Shown: piece after piece, positions 1-12,032 of the stretch
Position numbering within the stretch: position 1 is the first letter of the stretch
Layout: the number at the start of each line of letters is the position of its first letter
Translations under genes and position numbers: made by a program
The notes under the pieces: generated by a model
Seen by the model: the letters and a program-made list of their open reading frames with translations, nothing else
What the model was told of the DNA's origin: nothing
Database searches by the model: none
Assembly (NCBI GenBank): GCA_013239625.1
Contig: MU054117.1
Span: forward strand, 1,858,011-1,922,010
DNA: 64,000 bases
Source of the DNA: Lama guanicoe
Lineage: Eukaryota
Direction: 5' to 3'

Positions 1-1640
1 GCCCAGGGATGGGAGTGGCCCCAGGAAGAGACCTGGCATCGCAGCCAGCCAACAGCAGCCCTCTCTCCTCCCTACGGCCTCCCCAGCGCAGGGACCATGA
101 GAAGCCATAGCCCGAGGGCAGGCATGGCATCCACGAGCCACGATCTATTAACTGAAAAGTCTGTGTCCTTCCTGATCCCGTAAGGAGGCAGGGAGTCTCG
201 TCAACCTCCAGAAGGTTCTCGAGGGGCTTCACTCTCCCATATGCCAAATCTATGCTCTTGGTGAACACAGGGCCCACCAGGTGACGTGCACCCTGTCACC
301 ACATGGAGCCCGGGCCCAGCCGCCTGGCCTCCTGGGCCCTGCTGCAGCCCCAGAAGCCCTTCGTCACAGCGGGGGCACGTGCTCCCCGCCCTCCACACAC
401 ACTGGGGTTCAGGAGGCCGCGTCCACACGCTGCCGGTGAGTCAGCGGCAGCAGCAGAAGAAAAACTGCCAGCCGCAAAGGCACCTGGGGTTATTAGTGCA
501 AGACAGGTGTGTGAGCATCAGCTGACAGAAAGGGTGCCCAGACCACTAAGGCCAAGGGCGAGGTTCCCTGAAATGACTTCACTTTTCAGCCCCCCGGCCC
601 TGCTCCCCTCCACGTGGGGGAGGTGCCTCAGGCGATACCCTTACATCCCCAAACCTTCCTTCCTGGTCCCTATTTCCCAGTTCAGAGTGTGGTCCAGCCC
701 CTTCTCTTCTTCCCTTCAGGGCAGGAGAGCTGGGCTGCGAGGACTCAAGCTTTCCTCTTCCCTTCCCATCCCCTCCTGCTGGGCCCCACTCTCCTCCCCT
801 CCCCTCTGCTTCGTCTGGTCCCCGAGGCTGGGCTGACTCGAAGTTCTGCTCCGCCTACTTGCCCAGCCTGGGGACTGAGGAGCACCGCCCACCCCCTGGG
901 GCACAGGAAGGGCCGCCAGTTGTGTGCTTCTGGTCTGGGCGGTCGGGTTTAGCACTGCCCGAAGGGTGAGGTTAATGCCCTGATTGGTGGTTGGGGGGCT
1001 TCCTGGGAGAGGTGTGCGTGTCCTGGAGGCATGGGCCTTGGGTGGAGCTAAGAACTACCCGATGGGGGGCCAGCTCCGGGGCTGTAAATCAGCTGCTCGG
1101 TCAGGGACTGGGGGAGACCCCTGTACCAGGGAGCAGGTTTGAGGTATGCAAGGGGGACCCTTCCTAAATGCACAACTCCACTCCCTCACAGTCAATGCTG
1201 GGTCTGGACAGTTTTGGTTTCTGTTAAAAAAAAATAAAACACAATAAAATATGTCCAATAGAAGAGTTTCCAGTCCATGGTCACTGCCCCAGAGGGGCAC
1301 CGGGTGGATACTGGAATCCACCTCCCGATTCAGGCTGGTGTTGACCAAGCAGGTCTCTGCTTCCTTGACCTGGTTCGGCCACCCTTCCCGGGAGCCGTCC
1401 CATCTCTGTCCCATCTCCTGGCCTCCTCCCAAGGTCCTCCCTTCGGAGGCCCAGGGGTGGAGGGGCCTTGGCCTTGCCCCACGGAGGATGGCTGCTGGTG
1501 CGGGGTGTCGGCTCGGAGGCCCCGTGGGCCCCCCGCGGCTCCAGCTCCCCTCGCTCTCCTCCTGCCGCAGTGAGTGGGCGCAGCCGGGCCACCGCGGTCC
1601 AGGGGCGGGGAGTGGTTGGTCCAGTGGGCCACCCGTCGGA
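1..1640 (-). other. B4GALNT3: B4GALNT3 3' UTR / downstream region; transcript end not located
   Basis: Follows the stop codon; I saw no minus-strand AATAAA or ATTAAA here. Confidence 0.6.
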
Positions 1641-1799
<159 letters not shown>

Positions 1800-2526
1800 T
1801 CACCCTCCGGCCACTCCCCACGGGGCGGCGGAGGGGTGCGGGGCGGAGACAGCCAATAGCCTGGGCTGGAGGCCCAGCTCCGCACTGTGGGGCGCGCTTC
1901 CTCCCGAGCCTCTATCTCTAGAAAGGACGACAGTGAGATGGACACAGCGCAGGGAGGCGGGAGGGGCCAGGGATGGTCCCTGCTGCGACCTCCTCTTCCC
2001 GTCCACTTGCCCGCCTGCCAGGCAGCTTGGCCGGTCTCTCCTCCTTCTACCACTGACCCTCTCCCCTGCCCCGACGGCCTTTCTCCTGGGCTTCTGGGAA
2101 TCCAGGACCTCCTGAATACCTCGTTGTCCTTCAGTGGTCCACACTGGCTCTTTTGCTGGACCCCAAATTCTCTCCTGACACTTTTCTGGGTCTCTTATCC
2201 ACCCACCCAACCTCAGCCTCCTCCCCAGCTGTGTGCTCCTGGCTGAGAACATTACCATTCACACTGGCACAGCTCAGAGTCTGTGCTCTTACCCTGATGG
2301 TCTGCCAAGCACCCTCCACACCTGCCCAGCGACATGGGCAGAGGCAGCACCACCCCTCCAATGGCTGCGGACTCTGTCTCAGTGAGGGAAGTAACTTGAC
2401 CCCCAGGAAGTGGCAGAGTCCAGTGTCAGACTAGGGGGCCTGGGCCTGGGGGATCAAGCCCTGCTCCAGACCCCAGCCCCCCTGGGGAGGCCCCCAGGCG
2501 TCTCAGGTGCCCTCCCCCCCAGTCAC

Positions 2527-2653
2527 CTGTCCAGCAGCTCCCAGTCCTCTCCGCCCCAGCGGTCTCGGAACTCCTTGGTGTTCATGCCCCCGATCCTGTC
2601 CAGGTCTGACTTGTAGATGCCGAGCAGCCCAAACCCGTTCACCTCCCAGTAGC
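2527..2653 (-). CDS. B4GALNT3: B4GALNT3 exon 19 ([43 protein letters not shown])
   Basis: 127 nt, AG/GT flanks, GT7 WGGED motif. Confidence 0.97.
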
Positions 2654-3001
2654 CTGCGGATGGACAAGAAGCCCCAGAGGCGCTGAGCCAGGGCCAGGAG
2701 GGCACGTCCGCATCCCCAGGGCCTCTTCTGAGAGACAGAGGACGGGGCTGGCCGAGGCTGAGAACGCTCACCGGAACAAGCCCCTTGCCGGTTGGCAGGG
2801 AGGCCCCCGTGAGCTAAGGCTCAGGGTCCAATGAAGGCAGCAGCCCCACCAGGGAGGGACCAAGGGCTGCGGACGGCCCACAGGAGGCTCTGACAGCAGC
2901 AGCCCGCAGGGCAGAGCCTGGCCCGTTCCCTCTCTAGGCCAGGGAAACCTCCTCCCAGCTCTGCGTCCTCACAGGGCAGACTGGCACACAGTAAGTGCTT
3001 A

Positions 3002-3370
<369 letters not shown>

Positions 3371-3472
3371 TCAACAGACACTACAGCCTAGGGTGAGGGG
3401 CCAGGCCGCTCTCTGGGACCATCCTCAGGCTCTTTCCCATTCAGTGACTGAGAAACTTGCACGAAACAGTCA

Positions 3473-3967
<495 letters not shown>

Positions 3968-4031
3968 TCAGCAGCCCTGAGACTTCAGGAAGGAGGCGGC
4001 TCAGGCTGTGCCTCGCCGGGAACACCCTCAC

Positions 4032-4185
4032 CTCCTCAGCTTGGACCTTTTCAGAGCCATCTCGACATCCATGTCCTCACTGCTGAAGTCAGTGATGATG
4101 ACGCTGAAGTGGGGGTCGCCCGTGACCCGGAACAGCGTCTCCATGTCTCTGATGAATTGCTGCACCCAGCGTGCCTGGTTCTTCA
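4032..4185 (-). CDS. B4GALNT3: B4GALNT3 exon 16 ([51 protein letters not shown])
   Basis: 154 nt, AG/GT flanks. Confidence 0.96.
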
Positions 4186-4704
4186 CTGCCCGGCGGGGCA
4201 GGTGGGGAAGAAAAAGCAGAGGTAATGCAAGAGGGGCACCTCCACTCCCGGTTCCTGCGCAGTCAGGAGTCCCCTCAGACCCTTGCTTGGGGTAACGCAA
4301 CATGGGAAAGGCCAGCAGAGCAGTAGGGGATGGAGGGCAGAGGGTGAGCTCAGTTGCTGGGCCTCTCTACCCGCTCCCCGCACACACGGCCTCCCAGGCA
4401 GGAAGGCCTTGGGCTGCGGCCCGTCACCAGCCCCGCGTGGTCACCTTCCTGGGCTCTGACACTCTAACCCTCCAGCTGTGCTCACCACGCCCTTCAGGCC
4501 CGTCTGACCCCGCGGTCACACTCCCGTCTGTGGCGGGCTCCACTCTCTTGTTATGGACACCGCCCTGCGGGCCCCTCCCTGTCTCATGTCCCCAGGCCAG
4601 CTGTGGGGCGAATTCCAGCGCAGCAGCCCCCGCTGACCTTCACCCCCGCCCCCCGAACACTTATCCAACAGGAAGGCGCTGGCCCTGCGTCAGCACTGTC
4701 CCAG

Positions 4705-4850
4705 CTCTGGCACCTACTGCCCCACCTCAGACCAGTTACTTTTCTCCTGTGAGCCTCAGTTTCCCCAGCTGCAAAGTGGCCTCTCTCACAGGCTCTCATG
4801 AGATCCAATCAGGACGCAGAGACCCGGGTGCTCACGATAATGCGAGGCCC
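4705..4850 (+). mobile_element. MIR SINE fragment
   Basis: gagcctcagtttccccagctgcaaagtgg resembles the MIR core; bounds approximate. Confidence 0.6.
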
Positions 4851-4885
4851 CTGCTCCACGGACGCCGCCCGCCATGGAGGCTCAC

Positions 4886-5205
4886 CGGGCACAACGAAGT
4901 GGACCATGGCTCGGTGATTCCAGGAGAAGCCCTGGGGCCAGCACAGCTTGGGCTCCGGGGCGCGGACGCTCAGGACGCGCCTCCGGCTGCTCTGCGGGCT
5001 CCCAGCGAGGCCCTGCGGGTTCTGGGCCTCGGCCTCCTCCCCGCCGGCCGCCTCCACGCCCTGCCAGCCTCGCGTGGACACGAACTCAGAGAGCCGCACC
5101 CGGCGCTGGCCCCGCTCCAGCAGCTCCAGCTCCAGGAGGTAGCGGCCCCCACGCAGGTGGTCCTGGCGCTTCTCCACGTTCACGATGCGCTGCAGCTGGT
5201 ACCTC
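4886..5205 (-). CDS. B4GALNT3: B4GALNT3 exon 15 ([15 protein letters not shown]...[20 protein letters not shown])
   Basis: 320 nt, AG at 5207-5206, GT at 4885-4884. Confidence 0.96.
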
Positions 5206-5369
5206 CTGTGGCAGAAAGGGCGGGGGCTGGGGTGACCCCGCCCCACATGGCGGGCGGCACGGGTGGCAGAAGCCGGCAAGGCCGGCTGTCGGGAGACCTC
5301 GGTCTCCACCCCAGCGTCGCCGTGGGTGAGATGCCACGCGATGCTCACCCGCTCCAGTGATCGCTGTTC

Positions 5370-5980
5370 TCCGTCTTTAAAAAGGTACCTACTGAGCTGG
5401 ACAATGTCTAGTCTTTTAGCTCTAAGATCCTCAGTACATAAGGGGAACGAGGGAGTCGCAGAGAAGAGTTTCCGTCAGAGACTGGCCCTCAGTGCACGAC
5501 TCCGTTCAGTCAACAGTGACCGAGACAGAGCGGATCATCAGGGGACACTGACTGGTCGGCACAACATCCCTGTTCACCCGGAAACGCAAAGCAAAGCCAC
5601 CGTGCGGCCCCACTTCACACCCTTTGGGGTGGTGATGCCAAGAAAAGGGAAAATAACAGGATCTGAGGGAGATGTGGAGAAGCTGGGACCTTCCCACGCC
5701 TCTGAGGGGAATGGAAAATGGTGCAGACAGTTTGGAAGAGAGATTGGTAGCTCAAAAATGTGAAGCACAGGGGGAGGGTGCAGCTCAGTGGTAGTGGTAA
5801 TTAAAAAAGTAAACCTACCTACACCCTCAAAAAAAACCTGAAAAAAATATGAAAAAAATTTTTTGATTGGAAAAAAGTGATGAAAACATTCTGGGTTCAG
5901 ATAGTGGTAATGATTGCACGATGTTACAAATATACTTAGAAACCACTAAGAATTAAATGGTATGTGCATTTTATCTCCAT
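5370..5980 (+). mobile_element. Old L1 (L1M) ORF2 end / 3' UTR fragment, interrupted by a SINE
   Basis: gatgtggagaagctggga...gggaatggaaaatggtgcag and gtgatgaaaacattctgg...gatagtggtaatgattgcac are L1M 3'-region motifs; bounds approximate. Confidence 0.7.
5770..5836 (+). mobile_element. Camelid tRNA-derived SINE (Vic-1 type), internally deleted
   Basis: ggggagggtgcagctcagtggtag head joined directly to the aaacctacc...A tail. Confidence 0.7.
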
Positions 5981-6282
5981 CAGAAGACGTAGGCGGGTTG
6001 AATGGACCCATGAAGAAACAAGAGCTCAGCCTTGCCTCCTGCCCGAGCCCTTCCACCCCACGGCCGGGTCTGTGTGTCGTTCCAGCCTCAGTGAGGCCTG
6101 CTCTGTCTGTATGCTAGCTCCTCCGTGGGGAGGCGACCGCCTCTGTGCAGCCTTCCCGTGCTCAGCATGTGTCCTGGGCCAGCCCTGGCCCCGGAGGACA
6201 CTGTCTCCCCAGGCGCCCGTGGCCGGGGCCCCTGCAGCGCTCCTGCCCTCCCCGCCCGGCCCAGGAGAGCCCTTTACCTTAC

Positions 6283-7081
6283 CCCCGGCTCCTCTGGTTG
6301 AGCTTCTTCAGGAAGACCCGCACGACCTCGAGAGCCTCCTGCTCTGGAAGCAGCAGGTTGCCAGACGTGTTACAGTTCAGGTCGATCCAGTCTGTCCGCA
6401 GGGCTTGGAAGTCGAGGTTGCGGGCACTGAAGGTCTGGTCCCAGTTCACCACCGGGTCAAACATGGACAGGTACTCCAACACCTCACTCACCTCCTCCTC
6501 CTCCCCCTCCTCCTCCTCCCCACCCTCGTCCTCTCCCTCCACCTGTCCTTCCTGGCCTGCAGCGGCTACCTCCTCCTCCATCCCTGGCCGACCCCTCCCG
6601 GGGCCCGGAGGCTCCATCCTGTCTCCCCTTCTCTGCTCTGCGATGTACGACTCGACCTGATTCAGCCACTGGGACTGTGCCAGCGTCCTCCTGGGGCTGT
6701 CCCCGGTGGGCCTGGGCCTCTTCACTTGAGGAGGGGGCCCTGCTGGGTGCCCCGGGGGCCCCTTGTCAGGACGACGGGGATCCTGGCGGGGCTGGGGGCT
6801 GGGTTTCCTCGCTCTCTTCTCCGCCGGCTGGGCTGGCCTGTTGCTGGTCCTCGCCGGGAAGCGGGCTGTGGAGTTCCGCCTGGAAGAGGAGGCTGGCGGA
6901 GCATCCCGAGGCTGAGCCAGCACTCTCCGCAGGCTTCGGAGGCTGCGGTTGGTGGTGGCCGGCCCAGGGGCGGTGGGTGGCCCTTGTTTCCCCTCTGGTG
7001 TCCTGTCCTGGTCCTCGGGGGCAGGGGTGTCCTCTGCCGCTTCTCCATACTGGGACTCTTCTAGGAGCCCTTCCTCGAAAG
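6283..7081 (-). CDS. B4GALNT3: B4GALNT3 exon 14, large Pro/Glu-rich linker exon ([13 protein letters not shown]...[11 protein letters not shown])
   Basis: 799 nt using the last of three tandem CAG acceptors (alternative starts 7084 or 7087); donor GGG|GTAAGG with GT at 6282-6281; matches ORF 6279..7097. Confidence 0.93.
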
Positions 7082-7164
7082 CTGCTGCTGATAACAACCG
7101 TGCCTCACGTCAGTGTTTTCCACCTCTCCCCAACAAGGCACACAGACGGCTGCTGACCGTGTGG

Positions 7165-7325
7165 GTGAGATGCTGGGGGTCCCAGACTGGGCCCGCATCG
7201 GGCTTCGTCACTGACTGGCTGTGTGACCCAGGGCGAGTGACTCGACCTCAGCTAAGCCCAGGTCTCCGCTGGCATAAAGGGAACAGCAGCCCATCTTCCA
7301 CAGGGCTGTTGTGAAGACCGAGAAG
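7165..7325 (+). mobile_element. MIR SINE fragment
   Basis: cactgactggctgtgtgacccagggcgagtgact...cacagggctgttgtgaag. Confidence 0.65.
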
Positions 7326-7728
7326 CACGGAAAGTGCTGGCAGGAGCCTGGCTCCGGCAGCAACGCAACAGACGGCCCCAGCCAGGCCCTAAGCCCGCAA
7401 GGAGAGAGGCCACGGGAAGACTGCTTCTCAGGGCAGCCCTTCCCCAAGGGTGTGCGGGGCAGCAAGGACCTCCGGCAGCCCAGTAACGTCCTCCGGGGCC
7501 CTAATCTCCCCCCGCTGACCAGCAGGCCATGAGAAACAGTCCACGTGTGCCTTGAAAAGGAACGGATGCGGGGAGAGGGGCTGCTCCCCGCTCCCTTGGG
7601 CTTGCGGGGGCAGGGCTGTGGGGTTTGGATTCTAAGCTCCTCGGGGGCAGGCCTGGCACGGTCTAGACTTTCCCTAGAAACACCGTCATCCTGCAGCCTG
7701 GCCTGGACACTCAGCTGTCACTCCGTAC

Positions 7729-7790
7729 CTGGCTGCTCCGGCCCCTGCTTCTCCGGCTGGTCAATCTTGATGTAGTCCTGGAAGCCGAAC
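7729..7790 (-). CDS. B4GALNT3: B4GALNT3 exon 13 (RFGFQDYIKIDQPEKQGPEQP)
   Basis: 62 nt, AG/GT flanks. Confidence 0.95.
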
Positions 7791-8033
7791 CTGCAGGAGG
7801 GACGAGGTGAGACTGGCATCCGAGCCCTGCAGGCCATGTGGGAAGCTCTGGAGCCTCGCCCAGCTGGGAGGGCAGGGAGGAGGCCGCGTGTGCACGTGTG
7901 TGCGTGTGTGCGTGGGTGTGTGTATGAATCGCCCAGAAGAGCCAAGGCCCCTGGTGGCCCCTGCAGCCCGGGCAGCTCTCAGGGCTCCTGCAGGGCCTCC
8001 GTCAGGCCGTCCTGCCCCACGTGGTGCCGCTCA

Positions 8034-8195
<162 letters not shown>

Positions 8196-8950
8196 CTACG
8201 CCTCCTCCCCGGGGCCCTGGACCCCGCAGACCCCTGAGTCGAGCCCCCGGTGCACACACACGTCCCTCCTCTCCTGGCCTGGCTCATTCTCCGCAGCTGC
8301 GCCCCTCCTCTCCTGCCTACACTTTCCCCTCTCCTGCTACAGCCCACAGCCCCAGGACAACCCCTGTTACTCCTGCACTGCTTTTTGCCCCCTTCAGACA
8401 GAACACCACCACCAAAACCCTCCCAATCCTGCCCGCCCACTCCGACCCACGGCTGACTCCTGGCCTCTCTCCCACCTCCCACGCTGCCCGCAGCTCCCAC
8501 TGTCATCCCTGGACTGGGTGCACGGTGTCACTCTGCCTCCCGTTTCCACATGGGCTCTAGGTTCTCTGAAGCTAGCCCCTCCACAGGTCACTTCCCCAGC
8601 ACCTTGTCCGTAAGTTTAAGAAACACTGCAGCTGATCGTCTGGTAGGACTGACCCAGGTGGGACAGGGCCGGGGGCCCTCGGGGCAGGTGGCAGGAGGCC
8701 TCAGGCCAGCCCACCTCGCAGCAGCGCTGGGCAGGGCTGGTGTGGGACTTGCTACCGCGGGGCATGCTCAAGCTTTGCAGGGCAGTCCATCTGGGCCGAG
8801 GCACCGTAAAAGGCCAGTTCTCCCGGCCTAGGGACCCATGAGGCCATCCCGCCGGCTGGCGTGTGGCGTGGGGACCCCCTCAGCAACCCCCCAGCCACAG
8901 GCAGCAAGCCCTCCCTCACTCCAGCCCCCACTGCCCGGCCCGAGACTTAC

Positions 8951-9060
8951 AAACCGGAGTCCCTGGTAGCGCTGCAGAGGGAGCCCATCCACCAGGTAGC
9001 TAGGTTTGTAGGGACAGTCCGGCAGGACGTGGCGGACGTGAGACTTGGGGATAAGAGTCT
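8951..9060 (-). CDS. B4GALNT3: B4GALNT3 exon 11 ([37 protein letters not shown])
   Basis: 110 nt, AG at 9062-9061, GT at 8950-8949. Confidence 0.95.
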
Positions 9061-9771
9061 CTGGGGACAGAAGGGAAGCAGGATGAGGCGGGAGTGGGAG
9101 CCGGAAGGCTCACAGCCACGAAGGCTCCGGCGGAGAGGCGAGGGCTGGAGTCTGCTGCCCCCAAATCGCACATTTTCCTAGTCACTCGTGACAGCTGTGT
9201 CCACGTGCCGCAGCTGAGGCCACAAACCGAGACGGGGCCACTCTTGGGGGTGGGGTTGGGATTCAGGGCACAGTGTGGCGCTGGGGTCGCCGCAGGGCCA
9301 GCCTCAAAACAGGTTTAGGAGCTTCCGGGCCACGAAGCCTCACCCTAGTGCAGGGCCACTAACTGAACTTCCTTCCAGTTGCCGGGGTGGGGGGGGACAG
9401 GACACTCTATCATCCTGTAAGATGGAAACACTCCCAAGAGTTTCAGGCTCCAACGCCTTAGTGGGGACAGAATCCTCTCACTGGGTGACAAGAGCAGGAA
9501 CCCAGTAAGAGCCGTGACGTCTGTGACTGCAGAGGGACGCACTGGGCACGTGCGGGCTCTAGTTCTATTTCTGCAATGGTTTGTACAATTGCAAAGTTGC
9601 GCATCTGTATTTGTGAACTCTTCTGTCCACGTTTACAGTTACACACGTAAGAGAAAAGAGCCTCCGACTTGGGGATGTTGTGGGAGAACAAGCCTCCCGA
9701 GTCGCCCCCGGCGTCCCTGGACCAGGCAGCGCCTCCCCCGGCAGGAGGGCGAGCTCCCGGCGGGGCCCTAC

Positions 9772-9915
9772 CTCGGTAGAGGGTGTCCCGAGGGTCAGGC
9801 CGCAGCATGTCGACGGCGGGCTGCTCCTCGCCGGGCACAGCGGCTGGGGAGCCTGCATGGCTGGCGGCTGTCTGCGGGATGTGGCCCACCTCGTCCATCC
9901 TTAGGACTGTCTCGT
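9772..9915 (-). CDS. B4GALNT3: B4GALNT3 exon 10 ([48 protein letters not shown])
   Basis: 144 nt, AG/GT flanks. Confidence 0.96.
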
Positions 9916-10054
9916 CTGGGCATGGAGGACAGGACAGAGGGCAGCCGTGACTCCTGGAGCAAACCTGGCCCACGAGCAGTTCCCTGCCTCCTTGAGGAGC
10001 CAGGAAGGGGCCGAGTCAAGGCTCCTGTACGCCCTCCCCTGCCACAGATGTGCT

Positions 10055-10484
10055 TGTATATGAAAAATGTCACCTGTCGTATCAATAAACAAAGGATGCT
10101 GCAGCTCTCAGCCACTGCAGCCACCCTCAGTGGTGCCCCCGAGGGGACTCAGGACGGGACAGCACAGGACACTGGCCCTAGACAGCTGACGTGCACATCA
10201 AAGGGATGATTTCAACAAGCCCAGACTCTTGCATCCTGTACGTACAAAAGCGCTGAATTCATTAGCTCGAGACGTCTGGTTTTCTCTACTTAACAGTCAT
10301 CTTTTGATGTTCTGACTCCCTGGTCTTTGCTGCAAAAACTCCTATACATTCTGGCTCCTCCCTGACCTCTTTGGAGCGGTCCTTTAGAGCAACCTCAGAA
10401 GCTCCCTCCCCAGCTCGAGTCCTCAGAAAGCCCACTGAACGAAACGTAGCTCTCAGCTTTCAGGCTGTGCATTTTCTGTCGACG
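10055..10484 (+). mobile_element. ERV1-class solo LTR (resembles cetartiodactyl MER41-like LTRs), antisense to the gene in intron 9
   Basis: Starts TG, ends ...ttttctgtcgacg; 4-bp flanks tgct/cgct; TATA-like cctataca near 10341; family name from recall. Confidence 0.75.
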
Positions 10485-10679
10485 CGCTGGCTCCCTCTTG
10501 TCCCAGCCACTCCCACAACTTGTGGCTTCAGCTCTTTATCTCCCTTGGTCCCCCTCCACCAGCCCCACGACGAGCACACACACCCCAATTTTGTGTGAGG
10601 TGGAAAAAGACACCTCAAACTGCTTTTCTGCTACCTGCTGGGAATCTGCCGTGAGAAGCGTGCCTCACTCATGTAACAA

Positions 10680-10860
10680 GCATGCGTAGAGCACTTCCTG
10701 AACAATGAGCCAGGTGCCGTTCCCAGCATCTTCCCAGCATCAGCCCGTTTAATCCTCATAAGCACCGTGGCTTAGACACCACTGTCATCATTCCTATTTT
10801 ACAGACAAGGGACGTGGGCAGAGAAAGGCTGAGTCGCGTGCCTGAGATCACAACCTACAG
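10680..10860 (-). mobile_element. MIR SINE
   Basis: tttaatcctcataa...cctattttacagacaaggga. Confidence 0.65.
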
Positions 10861-11888
10861 ACAGCAAAGCTGCGTCTGAGGCGTCTCAGCGTCTCGGGCA
10901 GACACGTGCACGCCCATGGGGGCAGGGCGCCCCTCCCGCTCCGGCAGCCTCACCTCCAAGCCCGCAGCCCCTGCGTGTCTCATCTCACCAGCCCTGGGGC
11001 CAGCTGCTGGTCTTCGCCCTGCCCCTGGGCCCATCCCTCTCGGCTCCAGGTGGAGCTGGCCTTCTCCGCCTGAGGCCGGTGACTCCTGGTCTCCTGCCCG
11101 ATCTGCTGCGGGCTCTTCCCTCGGCTCACACACAGTCTATGCGTTCCAACTCTCCCTTCTTCTCGGCCAGCCGGGCAGCCCACACCTAGCCCTCCCACCC
11201 TGACCCTGCGGCCTCCTGCTTCGGTCACCAGCCGCTCCCCCAGCCCACCTTGCCCCTTCCTCCCTGCCACCCTCTCCTGTGAACCCAGACCCCCGACCGT
11301 GTCCACCCTGTGCTCCACACACACACCCACTTCCCGCGTCTCCCGTCCCCTCCAAGCTCGCGTCCCTTCCTCCCACACCTGGGCCCACACGGCCCGCCTG
11401 CCAGTGGCGATTTCTCAGTGGGGCCTGAGACGGGGGTCTCGCTTAGAAAATCACAAGCGATGAGAAGGATCACAGGAGGGTTCACTGACTGCCGAAGGAG
11501 AGCAGGTGAGGACGGTTTCTCTCCTCTGGCCATGGCTACGAGGAGGAACCACGGCGCCTCATTGCAAAATAGGGGCCTGGCCTCCCGCAGAGGTTTCTCC
11601 TCTGGAGTGAGCCTCCTGGTCTCGGGAGCCCCTTGAAATGGTGCATAGGACACTGCGTGTGGGCAGACGGGGCATTTCTCCGAAGCCAGGGCTGGGAGAG
11701 TTTCCAGCAGGTTCTCATGGGGTCACTGGCCCCGAGAGCTAAGGCCCTCTGATCCTGATGTCCTTTAGGCCTTGCTCCTTGTTCCGGACCCCCCCCATCC
11801 TGGGACCAGCTCCCCAGTGGGCTGAGCCCCGCAGGCTTGTCCCTTGCCTGTCCGCAGTCCCCAAGATGGGGCAGGGCAGGACACTCAC

Positions 11889-11955
11889 TTGTGAAGAGGG
11901 ACAGGGATGTGGAGTCGATAATGGTGAACTTGGCTCCGGGGTAATTCCGCCGCCA
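11889..11955 (-). CDS. B4GALNT3: B4GALNT3 exon 9 (WRRNYPGAKFTIIDSTSLSLFT), end of PA14 domain
   Basis: 67 nt, AG/GT flanks. Confidence 0.95.
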
Positions 11956-11978
11956 CTGGATCAATAGAGAGGGGGGTG

Positions 11979-12032
11979 NNNNNNNNNNNNNNNNNNNNNN
12001 NNNNNNNNNNNNNNNNNNNNNNNNNNNNNNNN
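11979..12032. other. Assembly gap (54 N)
   Basis: N run in intron 8 covering the exon 8 donor. Confidence 1.

Noticed and set aside
1..600. NINJ2 coding sequence at the left edge
   Set aside because: No ninjurin-like peptide seen in any frame; if syntenic, it lies outside the window.
4302..5360. 352-aa + strand ORF
   Set aside because: Antisense to exon 15 and runs through a MIR; low-complexity Pro/Ala/Gly content typical of chance ORFs in GC-rich DNA.
5964..7064. 366-aa + strand ORF
   Set aside because: Antisense shadow of GC-rich exon 14, non-ATG start inside an L1 remnant, no recognisable domain.
9059..9063. CAG|AG tandem at the exon 11 acceptor and CAG|GAG at exon 15
   Set aside because: The first AG is in the strong CAG context and keeps the frame; 2-nt shifts and GAG acceptors are rarely used.
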